Source of the DNA: Fibrobacteria bacterium
GTDB taxonomy: Bacteria > Fibrobacterota > Chitinivibrionia > Chitinivibrionales > FEN-1185
Reading direction: 5' to 3'
DNA: 64,000 nt
Assembly (NCBI GenBank): GCA_037447435.1
Contig: JBBIGR010000007.1
Location: 64,001-128,000 of the forward strand
Of this stretch, positions 9,205-19,395 are shown piece after piece. The translations under genes were made by a program, and so were the position numbers. Numbering within the stretch: position 1 is the first letter of the stretch; every line of letters starts with the position of its first letter. The notes under the pieces are model-generated. The model saw nothing but the letters and a program-made list of their open reading frames with translations, had not been told where the DNA came from and did no database searches.

Positions 9205-9924
9205 ATGATTTCATTTACCTCGGTCACAAAACAATACGGGTCAAATGCGACCCTCGCGGTGAATAACGTGTCGCTCACCATCAGTAAAGGCGAGCATTTC
9301 GCACTGCTGGGTCCCAACGGCGCCGGCAAAACCACTCTTGTAAAGATGTTGCTCGGGTTTATCAGGCCCTCAAACGGGACCATAACCCTAGACGGCGTCC
9401 CGTGCAGCGACCCCCTGTCCCGGTCCGGTATCGGCTACCTTCCCGAGAATATCCGCATTCCGCAGTATTTGTCGGGACTGCAGTTTCTCGTGCGGCAAGC
9501 AGTTTTGAGCGGTATGCACGCGGAAGAATACGGGAAAAGAATCAACGACATCGTCGCCCTTGTCGGCATGAAAGACTCGTTTCGCGCCAAGGTGAAAACC
9601 TATTCCAAAGGCATGCTGCAGCGGATCGGTTTGGCATCGGCGATCCTTACAGGAACAAAAGTGCTGGTGCTCGACGAACCGCAAAGCGGGCTCGACCCCA
9701 TCGGCATACGCGACGTGCGGAGCATCATGGAAGGGCTCAGGCAAACCGGGGTCACCATAATCCTGAATTCACATTTGCTGTCGGAGGTGGAAAAAACCTG
9801 CGACACTGCGGCAATCATCAACAAGGGAGCCATCGTGTTGTCAAATAATATTCGCGACCTTTCCGCGTCGGGCGAGACGCTGGAAGACATGTTCGTGCGG
9901 ATCATCGGGGGCGCCCATGCGTAA
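9205..9924 (+). CDS. ABC transporter ATP-binding protein
   Basis: GPNGAGKTT, YSKGMLQR, VLDEP, SH switch. Confidence 0.95.
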   Translation: MISFTSVTKQYGSNATLAVNNVSLTISKGEHFALLGPNGAGKTTLVKMLLGFIRPSNGTITLDGVPCSDPLSRSGIGYLPENIRIPQYLSGLQFLVRQAVLSGMHAEEYGKRINDIVALVGMKDSFRAKVKTYSKGMLQRIGLASAILTGTKVLVLDEPQSGLDPIGIRDVRSIMEGLRQTGVTIILNSHLLSEVEKTCDTAAIINKGAIVLSNNIRDLSASGETLEDMFVRIIGGAHA

Positions 9925-10723
9925 TTTTTTCACGGTGACAAAATATACCGTCATCGACATCCTTAACCAAAAAAGCTTTTTCGTTCTTTTGGCCGTTTGC
10001 ATCGGCTTTGTCATGTTGCTTCGCGGTTGCTACAAAGGCAATTATATGGTCAACGGCAAAGAAATCGATTCGTTGACCGTTGCATGGAACGCCTCGATTG
10101 TCGCGTTTCACGTGATTGCCGCAGGAGTGCTTCTCATCGCCGCGATATTGTCCATGGGGATGTTCCGCAGAGACAGGGAAGACGGTACCTTGATTTATAT
10201 GATGTCCAAGCCCTTGCATCGGACCGCATACGCGCTGGGCAGGGTTTGCGGGCTGTGGCTTGTGTCGTTCGGGTTTATGGCCGTTTTGCACGGGAGCATT
10301 TTCATCATCACGCTTATGTCCGCCGGCGGCACCATGCCCGGCTATCTGACCGCTTCGCTCGTATGTTCGGTCAATGTCTTTTTCATGGTCGGCGCAGTCT
10401 GTCTGTTTTCGCTTTTCATGCCCGATTTTATGGCCGCGGTTACCGGTCTCGGCATAGCCGGCATCGGCTACATTTCCGATTCGGTTTATCAATTAACGCA
10501 AAGCAAGCTGGTGCAGGCGGCAATGGGAAATTCCGCCCCGTCGGTTTCATGGTGGCGCGTTGCATGGCCTAAAGTCGCATCCCTGCAGTATTTCGCGGCA
10601 TCGTTAATAGACAAAAGCTCGTTTCATACGATGGGCTTCATCCATCCGTTTGTCATGATGCTTGTATGGTGCGGCATCGTTATTGCCGCGCTCGTATACG
10701 CGTTTAAAACCAGGGAATTGTAA
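9917..10723 (+). CDS. ABC-2 type permease
   Basis: About 6 TM segments; RDREDGTLIYMMSKPLHR motif; overlaps the ATPase stop. Confidence 0.85.
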   Translation: MRNFFTVTKYTVIDILNQKSFFVLLAVCIGFVMLLRGCYKGNYMVNGKEIDSLTVAWNASIVAFHVIAAGVLLIAAILSMGMFRRDREDGTLIYMMSKPLHRTAYALGRVCGLWLVSFGFMAVLHGSIFIITLMSAGGTMPGYLTASLVCSVNVFFMVGAVCLFSLFMPDFMAAVTGLGIAGIGYISDSVYQLTQSKLVQAAMGNSAPSVSWWRVAWPKVASLQYFAASLIDKSSFHTMGFIHPFVMMLVWCGIVIAALVYAFKTREL

Positions 10724-10742
10724 AAGACGGACGGTATTGCAC

Positions 10743-11156
10743 GTGAATATATTTACATACGGTACATTGATGTACGACGACATTTGGGCCAAAGTGGTTG
10801 GCGGCACGTATCGAAAATCCCCAGCTTTTGTTCGCGGTTATTCACGGAAAAAAATCACCAACCAGGTTTACCCGTGCATCGTCCCCGGTTCCGCGCAAAA
10901 CACGGTTTGGGGCGCGCTCTATTTCGATGTCGATGCGGCCGACAAAATCCGGCTCGATGCGTTTGAGGGAGCGTATTATACCGGTACGGCGGTAAACGCC
11001 TTTGCCGGGCGGGCAACGCCTACCGAGGCTTTCGCGTATGTCTTAAGCGAAAAATTTTCGTTCCTCGCCGAAGCGGAAGAATGGGACGAATCATTTTTTT
11101 TATCCAATGGCAACAAGGAATCGTTTATTTCGGGATATCAGGGTTTTAAAACGTAA
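10743..11156 (+). CDS. Gamma-glutamylcyclotransferase (GGCT/AIG2-like) protein
   Basis: IFTYGTLM, YPCIV, LDAFEG..Y; probable GTG start. Confidence 0.85.
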   Translation: MNIFTYGTLMYDDIWAKVVGGTYRKSPAFVRGYSRKKITNQVYPCIVPGSAQNTVWGALYFDVDAADKIRLDAFEGAYYTGTAVNAFAGRATPTEAFAYVLSEKFSFLAEAEEWDESFFLSNGNKESFISGYQGFKT

Positions 11157-11194
11157 TTGCCGGCCCCGGATGCGGCCGGAAAAAGGAAACTGTC

Positions 11195-12349
11195 ATGAAT
11201 TCGCTTTATTTCGACGTCGTTTCTGGTGCCAGCGGCGATATGATATTGTCATCGCTTATCGATTTGGGCGTTCCTATCGAGCATCTGAGAACGCAATTTG
11301 CAAAATTGAATATTCCCGGATTTTCCATAGACGTGATAAAGCAGAAACGAAGCGGTATTTCTGCGAACCATTTGGTTTTAAATTGGGAAACGCCGCGGAC
11401 CTATCGCCATGTCGAGCAGATTCTCGGCATGATACAGGCGGCGAACTTCGGCGAACGGGTTTATGCCCGATGCGAAAAAGTCATCTTGACTATCGGCAGG
11501 GCCGAAGCCAAAGTCCATGCCATGCCGCTGGAAAAGGTGCATTTCCACGAAATCGGCGCAATCGATACTATCGTGGATGTGGCGGGGATTTGTCTGGCGC
11601 TTGAATACCTTGACATTGACGAAATACAATATTCGGTTCTTACCGACGGAAAAGGCAGCGTGAAAACCGAACACGGCATCATGCCGATACCGGTTCCCGC
11701 GGTTGCGCAAATGCTTGATAATGTCGCCCTAAACATTCTTGATGTGCAATCCGAGCTTTTAACGCCTACCGGTTGCGCGGTGCTCACGGCACTGGGAACG
11801 CAGAAACCGCATGGGTTTTTCGGCACTGTGGTAAAAACCGGGTACGGATGCGGCACGCGGGTCATTGAGCAAATTCCGAATGTGCTGCGCGTCTTCATGC
11901 TTTCGCACGCAAATCCCGGGACATTCGACGCGGTTTGCCTTCTCGAATCCGATATGGACCATATTTCCGGTGAAATCATGGGAGACATCGCAAGCAGGCT
12001 GCTCGACGGAGGCGCACTCGATGTTTCCTGGACGCCTATATATATGAAAAAAGGAAGGCCGGGATACCGGCTAACCGTCATTTGCGACCATTCTCATAAG
12101 CAGGACTTAATCGACTTCGTTATGCTTCATTCGAGAACGTTGGGTGTGCGGGTGCAATCGGTTGCCCGCGTCACGGCAAACCGCCAAGCCTCGCAATCGC
12201 TGCTTCGCGGGGAACAACTGGCTCTCAAAACCTGTTCCTACAACGGAACGTCTTTTACAAAACCGGAATATGAATCATTGTCTGCGATAAGCCGAAAATC
12301 GGGCGTTCCCATTCTGGAAATCCTGGAAACCTATTACAAAGACAGATAA
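11195..12349 (+). CDS. larC: Nickel-pincer cofactor biosynthesis protein LarC
   Basis: SGASGDM, AEAKVH...VHFHEIGAIDTIVD, ELLTPTG, MKKGRPG, TLGVR, KPEYE. Confidence 0.92.
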   Translation: MNSLYFDVVSGASGDMILSSLIDLGVPIEHLRTQFAKLNIPGFSIDVIKQKRSGISANHLVLNWETPRTYRHVEQILGMIQAANFGERVYARCEKVILTIGRAEAKVHAMPLEKVHFHEIGAIDTIVDVAGICLALEYLDIDEIQYSVLTDGKGSVKTEHGIMPIPVPAVAQMLDNVALNILDVQSELLTPTGCAVLTALGTQKPHGFFGTVVKTGYGCGTRVIEQIPNVLRVFMLSHANPGTFDAVCLLESDMDHISGEIMGDIASRLLDGGALDVSWTPIYMKKGRPGYRLTVICDHSHKQDLIDFVMLHSRTLGVRVQSVARVTANRQASQSLLRGEQLALKTCSYNGTSFTKPEYESLSAISRKSGVPILEILETYYKDR

Positions 12350-12399
12350 AGTGCCTGTACAATGTAAATGCGGACCATCAAATGCGTCTGTAAATCGCC

Positions 12400-12682
12400 T
12401 AAGCGCTTAAAGGTTAAACGGTTTAAACTAGACAAACAGTAACAAGATTATCCCCGTATAAATTATCTAAAGTTAAATGCGCTTAATCGGTTGAGCAGAA
12501 TGAGGAAACAACTCATCTATACAGGTTGTCGCTTCGGGTTATTGCTCATCGGTAAACATTTCCACGACTGCAAAAAAGCAATGCTTTACCGCTTAACATG
12601 TTAAGCGATAAAATATTTTCGCCAAAATCAGCCTCAAAACCATCATGTTGGCCAAAGATAAAAACTTAAGCGTTAAAGCGGC
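12400..12682. promoter_or_regulatory. Cluster of palindromic operator-like sites
   Basis: CGCTTAA-AGG-TTAAACG (12404), CGCTTAA-TCGG-TTGAGCA (12480), perfect CGCTTAACATGTTAAGCG (12590), CTTAAGCGTTAAAGCG (12665). Confidence 0.55.
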
Positions 12683-12768
12683 TTTCCGCGTAACGAATTG
12701 TTTACTGGCGAGTTACGGAAGGTTGCGGTTTGCGACGCAAAAAAAAATTAAAAATATGTAAAATAAAT

Positions 12769-12797
12769 TTGCAGAATATAAAAAAAAGTGTTATATT
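12769..12797 (+). promoter_or_regulatory. Sigma70-type promoter with extended -10
   Basis: TTGCAG-17 nt-TATATT with TG at the extended -10 position; AAGGAG RBS follows. Confidence 0.55.
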
Positions 12798-12831
12798 AGC
12801 GCCCGATTGAATGTTTACAAAAGGAGAGACG

Positions 12832-14169
12832 ATGAGAAAAAGTGTTTTGGTTCTGGTTGCGCTGGTATGTTCCGCGGTTGCGGGCCAACTTCCTGTGATA
12901 CGTTGGTCTAGTTCGATTCCCGTATTCGACGCGTCGGGCCCTGCCGTGGTGACGCAGCTTAGCTCGGGTAAGGAATACGCGGTTGCCGGTTCCTGCGGAT
13001 ACGTTTCCGTATCATCGGGAAACGAATCCATATTCATCGTAAAGACAGATTCAATCGGCGTTTGCGGACCAATCGGATACCTCACGACGTTTTCAAAACA
13101 GGGAACAGGCTCCCATGAGGTAAAGGCGTTGCTGCCGACCGCCGACGGCGGCCTTGTGGTTGCGGGAACGCGAAGAATCGCGACGCACGTTCCTACTCAC
13201 GATAATGCATTTGTCATTTGCACCGAGAAAAAAGGCGCGGTCCGTTGGATGAAAGTCTTCGGCACCGTTGAAGGCGGATTTGAACAGCATTATAGAATAG
13301 AGGCGGCGATACTTCAACCAAACGGAAACGTTGTGGTGGGCGGACAAAAAGGCTCGACGGAATGGGTCTGCTGCCTCGACGGTTCGGGAAACGAATTGTG
13401 GTCTACCGATATCGATACCGGTACGGTCATTTCTCTTGTTGGAGTCGCGTCCAACGGCGCGCTTGCCGGATGCCTTTCAAACGATGCTACCGGAACGCAA
13501 TCTCATTTGGCATGGGTTTCCCGGGTAGGACGTGTCGATAATAATACGCCGAAAGTCGAATGCCCTACAACCGCGGCGTATCATCCTTTGGTGATGCCGG
13601 TGAACAACCTGACTAGTATCGTGGCGACTACCAATATAGAAAACGGTCAAGGCAAAATATCCGCATACGATTTTCGCATCAATAAACTCTGGAGCGACCC
13701 CATTTGCGGAGGAGCGAACGGACTCAGGGGCCTGACGTCGTTTATACCCGGTTCAAAACCGAATGAATATTATCTTGGCGGAAGTAAACTGGTCGACGCA
13801 GTAACCGATTTCTCGGTTATCGTACTTGTAAAATTAGACCTCCGCGGCGACATCGTGTGGCAATGGGTTTCCGACCGCGCGCAATACGTTTACAATATCG
13901 CGAATTGCCGCGACAGCGACATTGTCGTCTTGTCGCAATGCAATTCATCTAAAAGCAATCTGTTTCTTTTCAAACTCGGAGAGCAAAAGCCGTTTACCGC
14001 TGTGGCCGCGCAAAGCAGTGCAGTACCTGAAACGCAATCCGTACCAAAGGCAAAAGTATTCGACGTAATGGGTCGAAAAGTCGCGACGGCGGCCATAACC
14101 CAAATGCCGCGCGGCGTGTACGTTGCGCAATCGGGATTCCGGGCAAAGCGGCTTCAACTTTATAAATGA
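12832..14169 (+). CDS. Secreted probable beta-propeller protein with T9SS-like C-terminal domain (paralog 1)
   Basis: Signal peptide; repeated DxxGxxxW blade motifs; C-terminal FDVMGRKV...GVYV. Confidence 0.7.
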   Translation: MRKSVLVLVALVCSAVAGQLPVIRWSSSIPVFDASGPAVVTQLSSGKEYAVAGSCGYVSVSSGNESIFIVKTDSIGVCGPIGYLTTFSKQGTGSHEVKALLPTADGGLVVAGTRRIATHVPTHDNAFVICTEKKGAVRWMKVFGTVEGGFEQHYRIEAAILQPNGNVVVGGQKGSTEWVCCLDGSGNELWSTDIDTGTVISLVGVASNGALAGCLSNDATGTQSHLAWVSRVGRVDNNTPKVECPTTAAYHPLVMPVNNLTSIVATTNIENGQGKISAYDFRINKLWSDPICGGANGLRGLTSFIPGSKPNEYYLGGSKLVDAVTDFSVIVLVKLDLRGDIVWQWVSDRAQYVYNIANCRDSDIVVLSQCNSSKSNLFLFKLGEQKPFTAVAAQSSAVPETQSVPKAKVFDVMGRKVATAAITQMPRGVYVAQSGFRAKRLQLYK

Positions 14170-14238
14170 TACATACGTAATTGATAGGGTACGGTCCGGT
14201 TTTTTTTAGTTTTGCTACATTCACAAAGGGGGGGGGAC

Positions 14239-15606
14239 ATGAAATTGTTATCTATTCGTTCGCTTGTTTTTATCGCCATGGCAACGTGGTGTAATCAGGC
14301 CGCGGCGCAAACGCCGACCGTTGCCTGGTCGGAGGCATTACCGGTAGCGGGAATCTACGGTCCCGCGCACGTCATTTACAATGGAAGCGGCTATTTGGTT
14401 GCCGGAACATGCGGCGCCAACGGAAAAGACCTTTCAAAAACCCGTCTGTTCGCACTTCAAACCAACCAATCGGGCCAGGTACTCTGGAACACGACATATC
14501 CTACTGCCTGTAAATCGCCCGATTGCCTGGTCGAAGTTGCGGGAATAGTGCCGTCAAGGGCCGATTGCTTCGTGCTTGTCGGCTCGTATAAATACAGCAC
14601 CCATACCGATTCTCACGACAATGCGTGGCTCATGAAAATGGATTCTTACGGCCGGAGATACTGGTACATGCAATTCGGAACCGCGGAAGCCGGTCTGGAA
14701 AATAATTATCATGCATCAAGTGCACGCTATCTTCCCGATCGGTCGCTGCTGGTGTCGGGACAAAAGGGAATAAAAGCCTGGATGTGTTGCGTCGATGCGA
14801 ACGGCCAGGTCAAATGGTCAAAAACATACGATGCCGAAAAAATCGTTTCAATGGAACTTGGTTCGCAATATCAGGTCCGTGCCGCAGCTCTTTCGTACAA
14901 TACGACGCGTTGCTCCATCAACGTGCTTCGGATCAGCACGCTCGACGGATCGCTTGACACCGTCGAAGGCGTTATCGAATGTCCGGCAAAAAACTTCTAT
15001 GATCCCGTCGTTACCGTGACCAACGATTTTAACGTGGTGTACAGCATTTTTAATGCGAATTCCGGCGATTGCACCATTTCGCAGTTCAATCGGGACACGC
15101 TTTTGCAATGGAACAGGCTTTTGAATAACGGTGAAGAGAGCAGGCCTTATACAAGAGTGCAAAGCTTGCTTTCCAACGGCTCGCAGGGCTATTTGGTCGC
15201 GGGCGATAAATCGTCGAACGCGACGGTCGTAGATCCCGTCATGTGGGTGAAATACATCGACAAAAAAGGGGCCACTGTTTGGGAATGGAAATCCTCGCCC
15301 GTCACATCGGTATGCGACGCTATTTTTAACGAGGACAACGAGGCAGTGCTTATCGCGAAATCGGATAATGTGAAAACGCCGTTCCAAATCATTAAATTGC
15401 AAACGGCTGCGCCCCAACTAACCGCTGTAGCCAAAGCCTCGGTGCATACGGTAAAAACTCCTTTGGAAAATTCGATCGCCGACGCGTACGACGTGACCGG
15501 TCGGAAAATTTCCGCGTCAAACGTTAAAGCATTGTCAAGAGGCGTTTATGTCTATCGCACCATCCAGTCGCAGAATCGCCTTATGCAAGTCGTAATACGC
15601 CGATAG
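14239..15606 (+). CDS. Secreted probable beta-propeller protein with T9SS-like C-terminal domain (paralog 2)
   Basis: Signal peptide ending AAA|Q; shares VAG.CG, TH...HDNA, FGT.E.G.E..Y, GQKG...W.CC.D and ECP with paralog 1; C-terminal YDVTGRKI...GVYV. Confidence 0.7.
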   Translation: MKLLSIRSLVFIAMATWCNQAAAQTPTVAWSEALPVAGIYGPAHVIYNGSGYLVAGTCGANGKDLSKTRLFALQTNQSGQVLWNTTYPTACKSPDCLVEVAGIVPSRADCFVLVGSYKYSTHTDSHDNAWLMKMDSYGRRYWYMQFGTAEAGLENNYHASSARYLPDRSLLVSGQKGIKAWMCCVDANGQVKWSKTYDAEKIVSMELGSQYQVRAAALSYNTTRCSINVLRISTLDGSLDTVEGVIECPAKNFYDPVVTVTNDFNVVYSIFNANSGDCTISQFNRDTLLQWNRLLNNGEESRPYTRVQSLLSNGSQGYLVAGDKSSNATVVDPVMWVKYIDKKGATVWEWKSSPVTSVCDAIFNEDNEAVLIAKSDNVKTPFQIIKLQTAAPQLTAVAKASVHTVKTPLENSIADAYDVTGRKISASNVKALSRGVYVYRTIQSQNRLMQVVIRR

Positions 15607-15636
15607 TTCAAACCGGGGCTTTTTCCCTGAGATACC

Positions 15637-15672
15637 AACAAAACTCTGCTGTGCGGGGTTTTGTTTTTTTTT
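15637..15672 (+). terminator. Intrinsic terminator
   Basis: AACAAAACTCTGC/GCGGGGTTTTGTT stem followed by a T-run. Confidence 0.75.
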
Positions 15673-15809
15673 CGCGGCAACGGATTCGAAAAATGAGGTA
15701 TCATATCATATTTTATTGTTCCTTATGCTGATGATATACTATTTTACGTAGCTTGTTCAGATTATATTTTATTGAATATTCGCAATTATTTTCTTGAAAG
15801 GCGGGGTGG

Positions 15810-16973
15810 ATGAAGTACCTTTTTACTTCTGAAAGCGTTTCACAAGGTCATCCGGACAAAGTCGCAGATCAGATTTCCGATGCTGTTTTAGATGCTATGC
15901 TTGCGCAAGATCCATATTCGCGCGTTGCTTGCGAAACACTCGTCACGACAGGGCTTGTCGTTGTTGCGGGTGAAATAACCAGCAAGGCAATCGTCGATAT
16001 TCCGGGGGTTGTCAGGAAAACCATAGCGGAAATCGGCTATAACGATCCTGATCTCGGTTTCGAATCAAAAAGTTGCGGAATCATGGTGACTCTTGACAAA
16101 CAATCGCCCGACATTTCCCAGGGAGTTACTTCGGGGCAAGGCTTGCACAAGGAACAAGGCGCCGGGGACCAGGGTATGATGTTCGGCTATGCGTGTGATG
16201 AAACTAAAACGTTTATGCCGCTTACAATCCATTTGGCGCATCGCTTGGTCGAGGCCGTGACAACCGCCAGAGAAAAGAAAACAATTCCGTATTTGCGTCC
16301 CGACAGCAAATCGCAGGTGACCATAGAATATCAAGACGATAAACCGGTACGCGTTCATACGGTTGTCATTTCAACGCAGCACGCTCCCGATGTGACGCAT
16401 GAAAAAATCAAAAAAGACATGATCGAAAAGATCATTAAAAAAGTCATTCCGTCAAAATTGCTCGATAAGAACACCATCTATCATATCAATCCGACCGGTC
16501 GCTTCGTCATCGGCGGACCGCACGGCGATTCCGGCTTAACAGGCCGTAAAATCATCGTCGACACTTATGGCGGACACGGCGGGCACGGCGGCGGCGCATT
16601 TTCGGGCAAAGATCCCACAAAGGTCGACCGAAGCGCAGCATATGCCGCACGTTGGATTGCAAAAAACCTTGTTGCGGCCGGGCTTGCAAAAAAATGCAGG
16701 ATCCAGGTTTCCTATGCCATCGGGGTAGCAAAACCCATTTCTATTTTCGTCGATACGTATGGAACCGGTGTTTTGTCCGATGATAAACTTGCCGCAATCG
16801 TCGACAAAGTATTTGATCTCCGCCCTGCGGCGATCATCGAAAATCTCAAGCTTCGTCGCCCGATTTATCGCGAATCGGCCCGCAACGGCCACTTTGGTCG
16901 TGAATTGGCAAATTTCACATGGGAAAAGCTTGATAAAGTCGAGGCTCTTAAAAAAGCAGCCAAGATCAAGTAA
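15810..16973 (+). CDS. metK: S-adenosylmethionine synthetase
   Basis: [35 protein letters not shown]. Confidence 0.98.
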   Translation: MKYLFTSESVSQGHPDKVADQISDAVLDAMLAQDPYSRVACETLVTTGLVVVAGEITSKAIVDIPGVVRKTIAEIGYNDPDLGFESKSCGIMVTLDKQSPDISQGVTSGQGLHKEQGAGDQGMMFGYACDETKTFMPLTIHLAHRLVEAVTTAREKKTIPYLRPDSKSQVTIEYQDDKPVRVHTVVISTQHAPDVTHEKIKKDMIEKIIKKVIPSKLLDKNTIYHINPTGRFVIGGPHGDSGLTGRKIIVDTYGGHGGHGGGAFSGKDPTKVDRSAAYAARWIAKNLVAAGLAKKCRIQVSYAIGVAKPISIFVDTYGTGVLSDDKLAAIVDKVFDLRPAAIIENLKLRRPIYRESARNGHFGRELANFTWEKLDKVEALKKAAKIK

Positions 16974-16991
16974 AAGGAATTCCAATCGTTC

Positions 16992-17025
16992 AAAAAAAGG
17001 CATAGAGGAATCTATGCCTTTTTTT
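16992..17025 (+). terminator. Intrinsic terminator after metK
   Basis: AAAAAAAGGCATAGA-GGAA-TCTATGCCTTTTTTT. Confidence 0.8.
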
Positions 17026-17041
17026 ATAGAGGAGCATTGCC

Positions 17042-18631
17042 ATGGATACCCGTCCTAAAGTCGTATTAAACGGAAACACGCTTTCCTTAGAAGACATTGT
17101 CGCAATCGGCGTCGGAGACAAGCAGGTTTCCATCGACGCAGACGCCTTGAACAGGTGCCGAAAATCCCGCGCGTTTCTTGAAGATGAAGTTGCGGCAAAA
17201 CGCATTATTTACGGCGTAAACACCTCGTTCGGGCCCATGTGCAATAAAATCATTTCCGATGCCGACATCGAGGCCTTACAAGTCAATCTGATCAAAAGTC
17301 ATGCGGCCGGGCTCGGCGATCCCTTAAAACCGTATATCGCGTTGGCCGTTTTAGCGGTCAGGCTCAATACGCTTGTCAAGGGGTATTCCGGCGTCCGGAT
17401 AGAGCTTGTGGAATTCATGGCAACGATGATCAATAAGGGGATCGCACCCTATATTCCCGAATGCGGTTCCGTCGGCGCTTCGGGAGATTTGGTGCATCTG
17501 GCGCATGTGGCATTGGCCATTATCGGCGAAGGAAAGGTTTTTTACAAAAAAGAACTCAAAGACGTTTCCGGCGTTTTCAAAACAACGGGGCTCGTGCCGC
17601 TGAGGCTCAGCTTCAAGGAAGGCATCGCGATCATGAACGGCACGAGCGCCATGACCGCTTTGGCCGCTTTTGCATTGTACGGCGCGAAAAAACTCCTGCG
17701 ATTGGCATGCGTCAATGCGGCGTTCGCGGTCGAGATATTCGGCGGCATCGACGATGCGTTCGACGAGGATTTACATGAAGTAAAACCCCACCCGGGCCAG
17801 AAAAAAATCGCTTCCATTATCCGTAAATTATACGAAGGCTCCAAAAATATTACGCTTCGTAAAGATATGCACGATATTATTCGAAGCCAGCAAACGCAGG
17901 ACCGGGTATTTGAAACCAGCATCAACGTGCAGGACGTGTATTCGATACGATGCACGCCGCAAATACTTGCGCCGGTCATGGAGGCCGTAGAAGCCGCGAC
18001 AAAAACAATAGAAATCGAAGCGAATTCCTCGAACGACAATCCCATCATCATTCCCGATAAAAAGAAAATCATACACGGCGGTAATTTCCACGGACAAAGC
18101 GTGGGCTTTGCAATGGACATGTTGTGCATGGCGATTTCCGAATTATGCACCTTGTCGGAACGGCGGCTCAACAAATTGCTCGATAAAAGTTTAAATGAAG
18201 GTTTGCCCGAGCATTTGATAAGCGGTACCGTCGGGCTGACCATGGGTTTTATGGGTGCGCAATACCTGGCGACTTCTACGACCGCCGAAAACAGGCAGCT
18301 TGCCAATCCGGTCAGCACGCTTTCGATTTCCTGCAATGCTTCCAACCAGGATGTGGTCAGTATGGGTACGGTTGCTGCGAGGAAAGCCTTCAAATCCGTC
18401 AGCAATGCAAAACATATACTGACCCTCGAAACGCTCGGACAGTTGCAGGCATTGTCATTCAGGAATTCAAAAACCATGGGCAAGGGAACCACTTCGATAT
18501 ACTCGGTTTTGGAAAAACATTTTTCCGTATACGATAATTCCCGGGTGTTTCATGACGACCTCGTAAAATTCAGGAAATTATTGTTTTCGAGCCAAATTCT
18601 CGATGAGTTGTCGTTGTACTACACATCTTGA
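17042..18631 (+). CDS. HAL/PAL/TAL-family MIO-dependent ammonia-lyase (aryl-polyene/flexirubin-type by resemblance)
   Basis: IYGVNTSFG, GSVGASGD (MIO tripeptide ASG), QDVYSIRC, DNP, GGNFHG, NQDVVSMG. Confidence 0.9.
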   Translation: MDTRPKVVLNGNTLSLEDIVAIGVGDKQVSIDADALNRCRKSRAFLEDEVAAKRIIYGVNTSFGPMCNKIISDADIEALQVNLIKSHAAGLGDPLKPYIALAVLAVRLNTLVKGYSGVRIELVEFMATMINKGIAPYIPECGSVGASGDLVHLAHVALAIIGEGKVFYKKELKDVSGVFKTTGLVPLRLSFKEGIAIMNGTSAMTALAAFALYGAKKLLRLACVNAAFAVEIFGGIDDAFDEDLHEVKPHPGQKKIASIIRKLYEGSKNITLRKDMHDIIRSQQTQDRVFETSINVQDVYSIRCTPQILAPVMEAVEAATKTIEIEANSSNDNPIIIPDKKKIIHGGNFHGQSVGFAMDMLCMAISELCTLSERRLNKLLDKSLNEGLPEHLISGTVGLTMGFMGAQYLATSTTAENRQLANPVSTLSISCNASNQDVVSMGTVAARKAFKSVSNAKHILTLETLGQLQALSFRNSKTMGKGTTSIYSVLEKHFSVYDNSRVFHDDLVKFRKLLFSSQILDELSLYYTS

Positions 18632-18699
18632 GAAAACAGCGGTAAAGGTATTGTTTTGTCGGAACGTGAGTGTATATTTTATAGAAAAGGAGACAACGT

Positions 18700-19224
18700 A
18701 TGCAAACAAAAACAGGTAGCGCTCTGGCGATTATTTCGGCATGTGTTTCATTGCTTTTTGCGCAACAGCCCGACGCATGGAAAATTGTCCCCAATGCCGA
18801 CGGCAAATCGGTTGCAATGACCTATGCCAATCCGCCGACCACTCTGGGTATCGAAGCCGAATTGAACGTCTCGGTCGATCCGTCGGGCGTTGCCATGAGC
18901 GGCAATACCAAATTCAAATCCGGACTTACCCGCAACATGTCGCCCGAGGAAGTTGCTTTTTATTATTCCAGTTTCAAAGGTGAAGCAGCCTATTGGAATT
19001 TCAGGCAAACGCAAGGATCCGTATCAACGGTAATGTCGGGCATCGATCCGTTGCCAAACTCCTTTTACGGTCAATACATCCGGGTCGTTTCTAAGGACGG
19101 CATTTCGTATTTCGGAACCATCAGTGCATTGCCGACATCGCCCGAATGGTTTGCCCTTACGTCTAAAGGAAACAGAATCTTATTCTATCGCTATGCGGTC
19201 AAGGAAATCCAGATTTTGAAATAA
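18700..19224 (+). CDS. Secreted hypothetical protein
   Basis: AAGGAG RBS; signal peptide ending LFA|QQ; followed by a terminator. Confidence 0.7.
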   Translation: MQTKTGSALAIISACVSLLFAQQPDAWKIVPNADGKSVAMTYANPPTTLGIEAELNVSVDPSGVAMSGNTKFKSGLTRNMSPEEVAFYYSSFKGEAAYWNFRQTQGSVSTVMSGIDPLPNSFYGQYIRVVSKDGISYFGTISALPTSPEWFALTSKGNRILFYRYAVKEIQILK

Positions 19225-19245
19225 CGGTTTTTGTCCGTTAATAGT

Positions 19246-19277
19246 AAAAAAGCCGCCTCGATCGAGACGGCTTTTTT
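19246..19277 (+). terminator. Intrinsic terminator
   Basis: AAAAAAGCCGCCTCGATCGAGACGGCTTTTTT. Confidence 0.75.
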
Positions 19278-19395
19278 AGTATTCGTTGGAAAGGCCAAAC
19301 CCAACAGGCGCGGCGGTGTCTGTCTGTTGTTGAGAGTATTATCTGTGTAATAAATGGGAATAATTCATATCTGGTTGCTAAACAAAGGTACACAT

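Noticed and set aside
12350..12800. CRISPR array or replication origin
   Set aside because: No equal-length repeat-spacer periodicity, no cas genes, and no DnaA-box cluster seen
15607..15809. SAM riboswitch upstream of metK
   Set aside because: Only a terminator and AT-rich promoter sequence; no recognisable aptamer
19299..19336. Integron attC site (ACCCAAC...GTTGAGA)
   Set aside because: Too short, imperfect core site, and no integrase or cassette array
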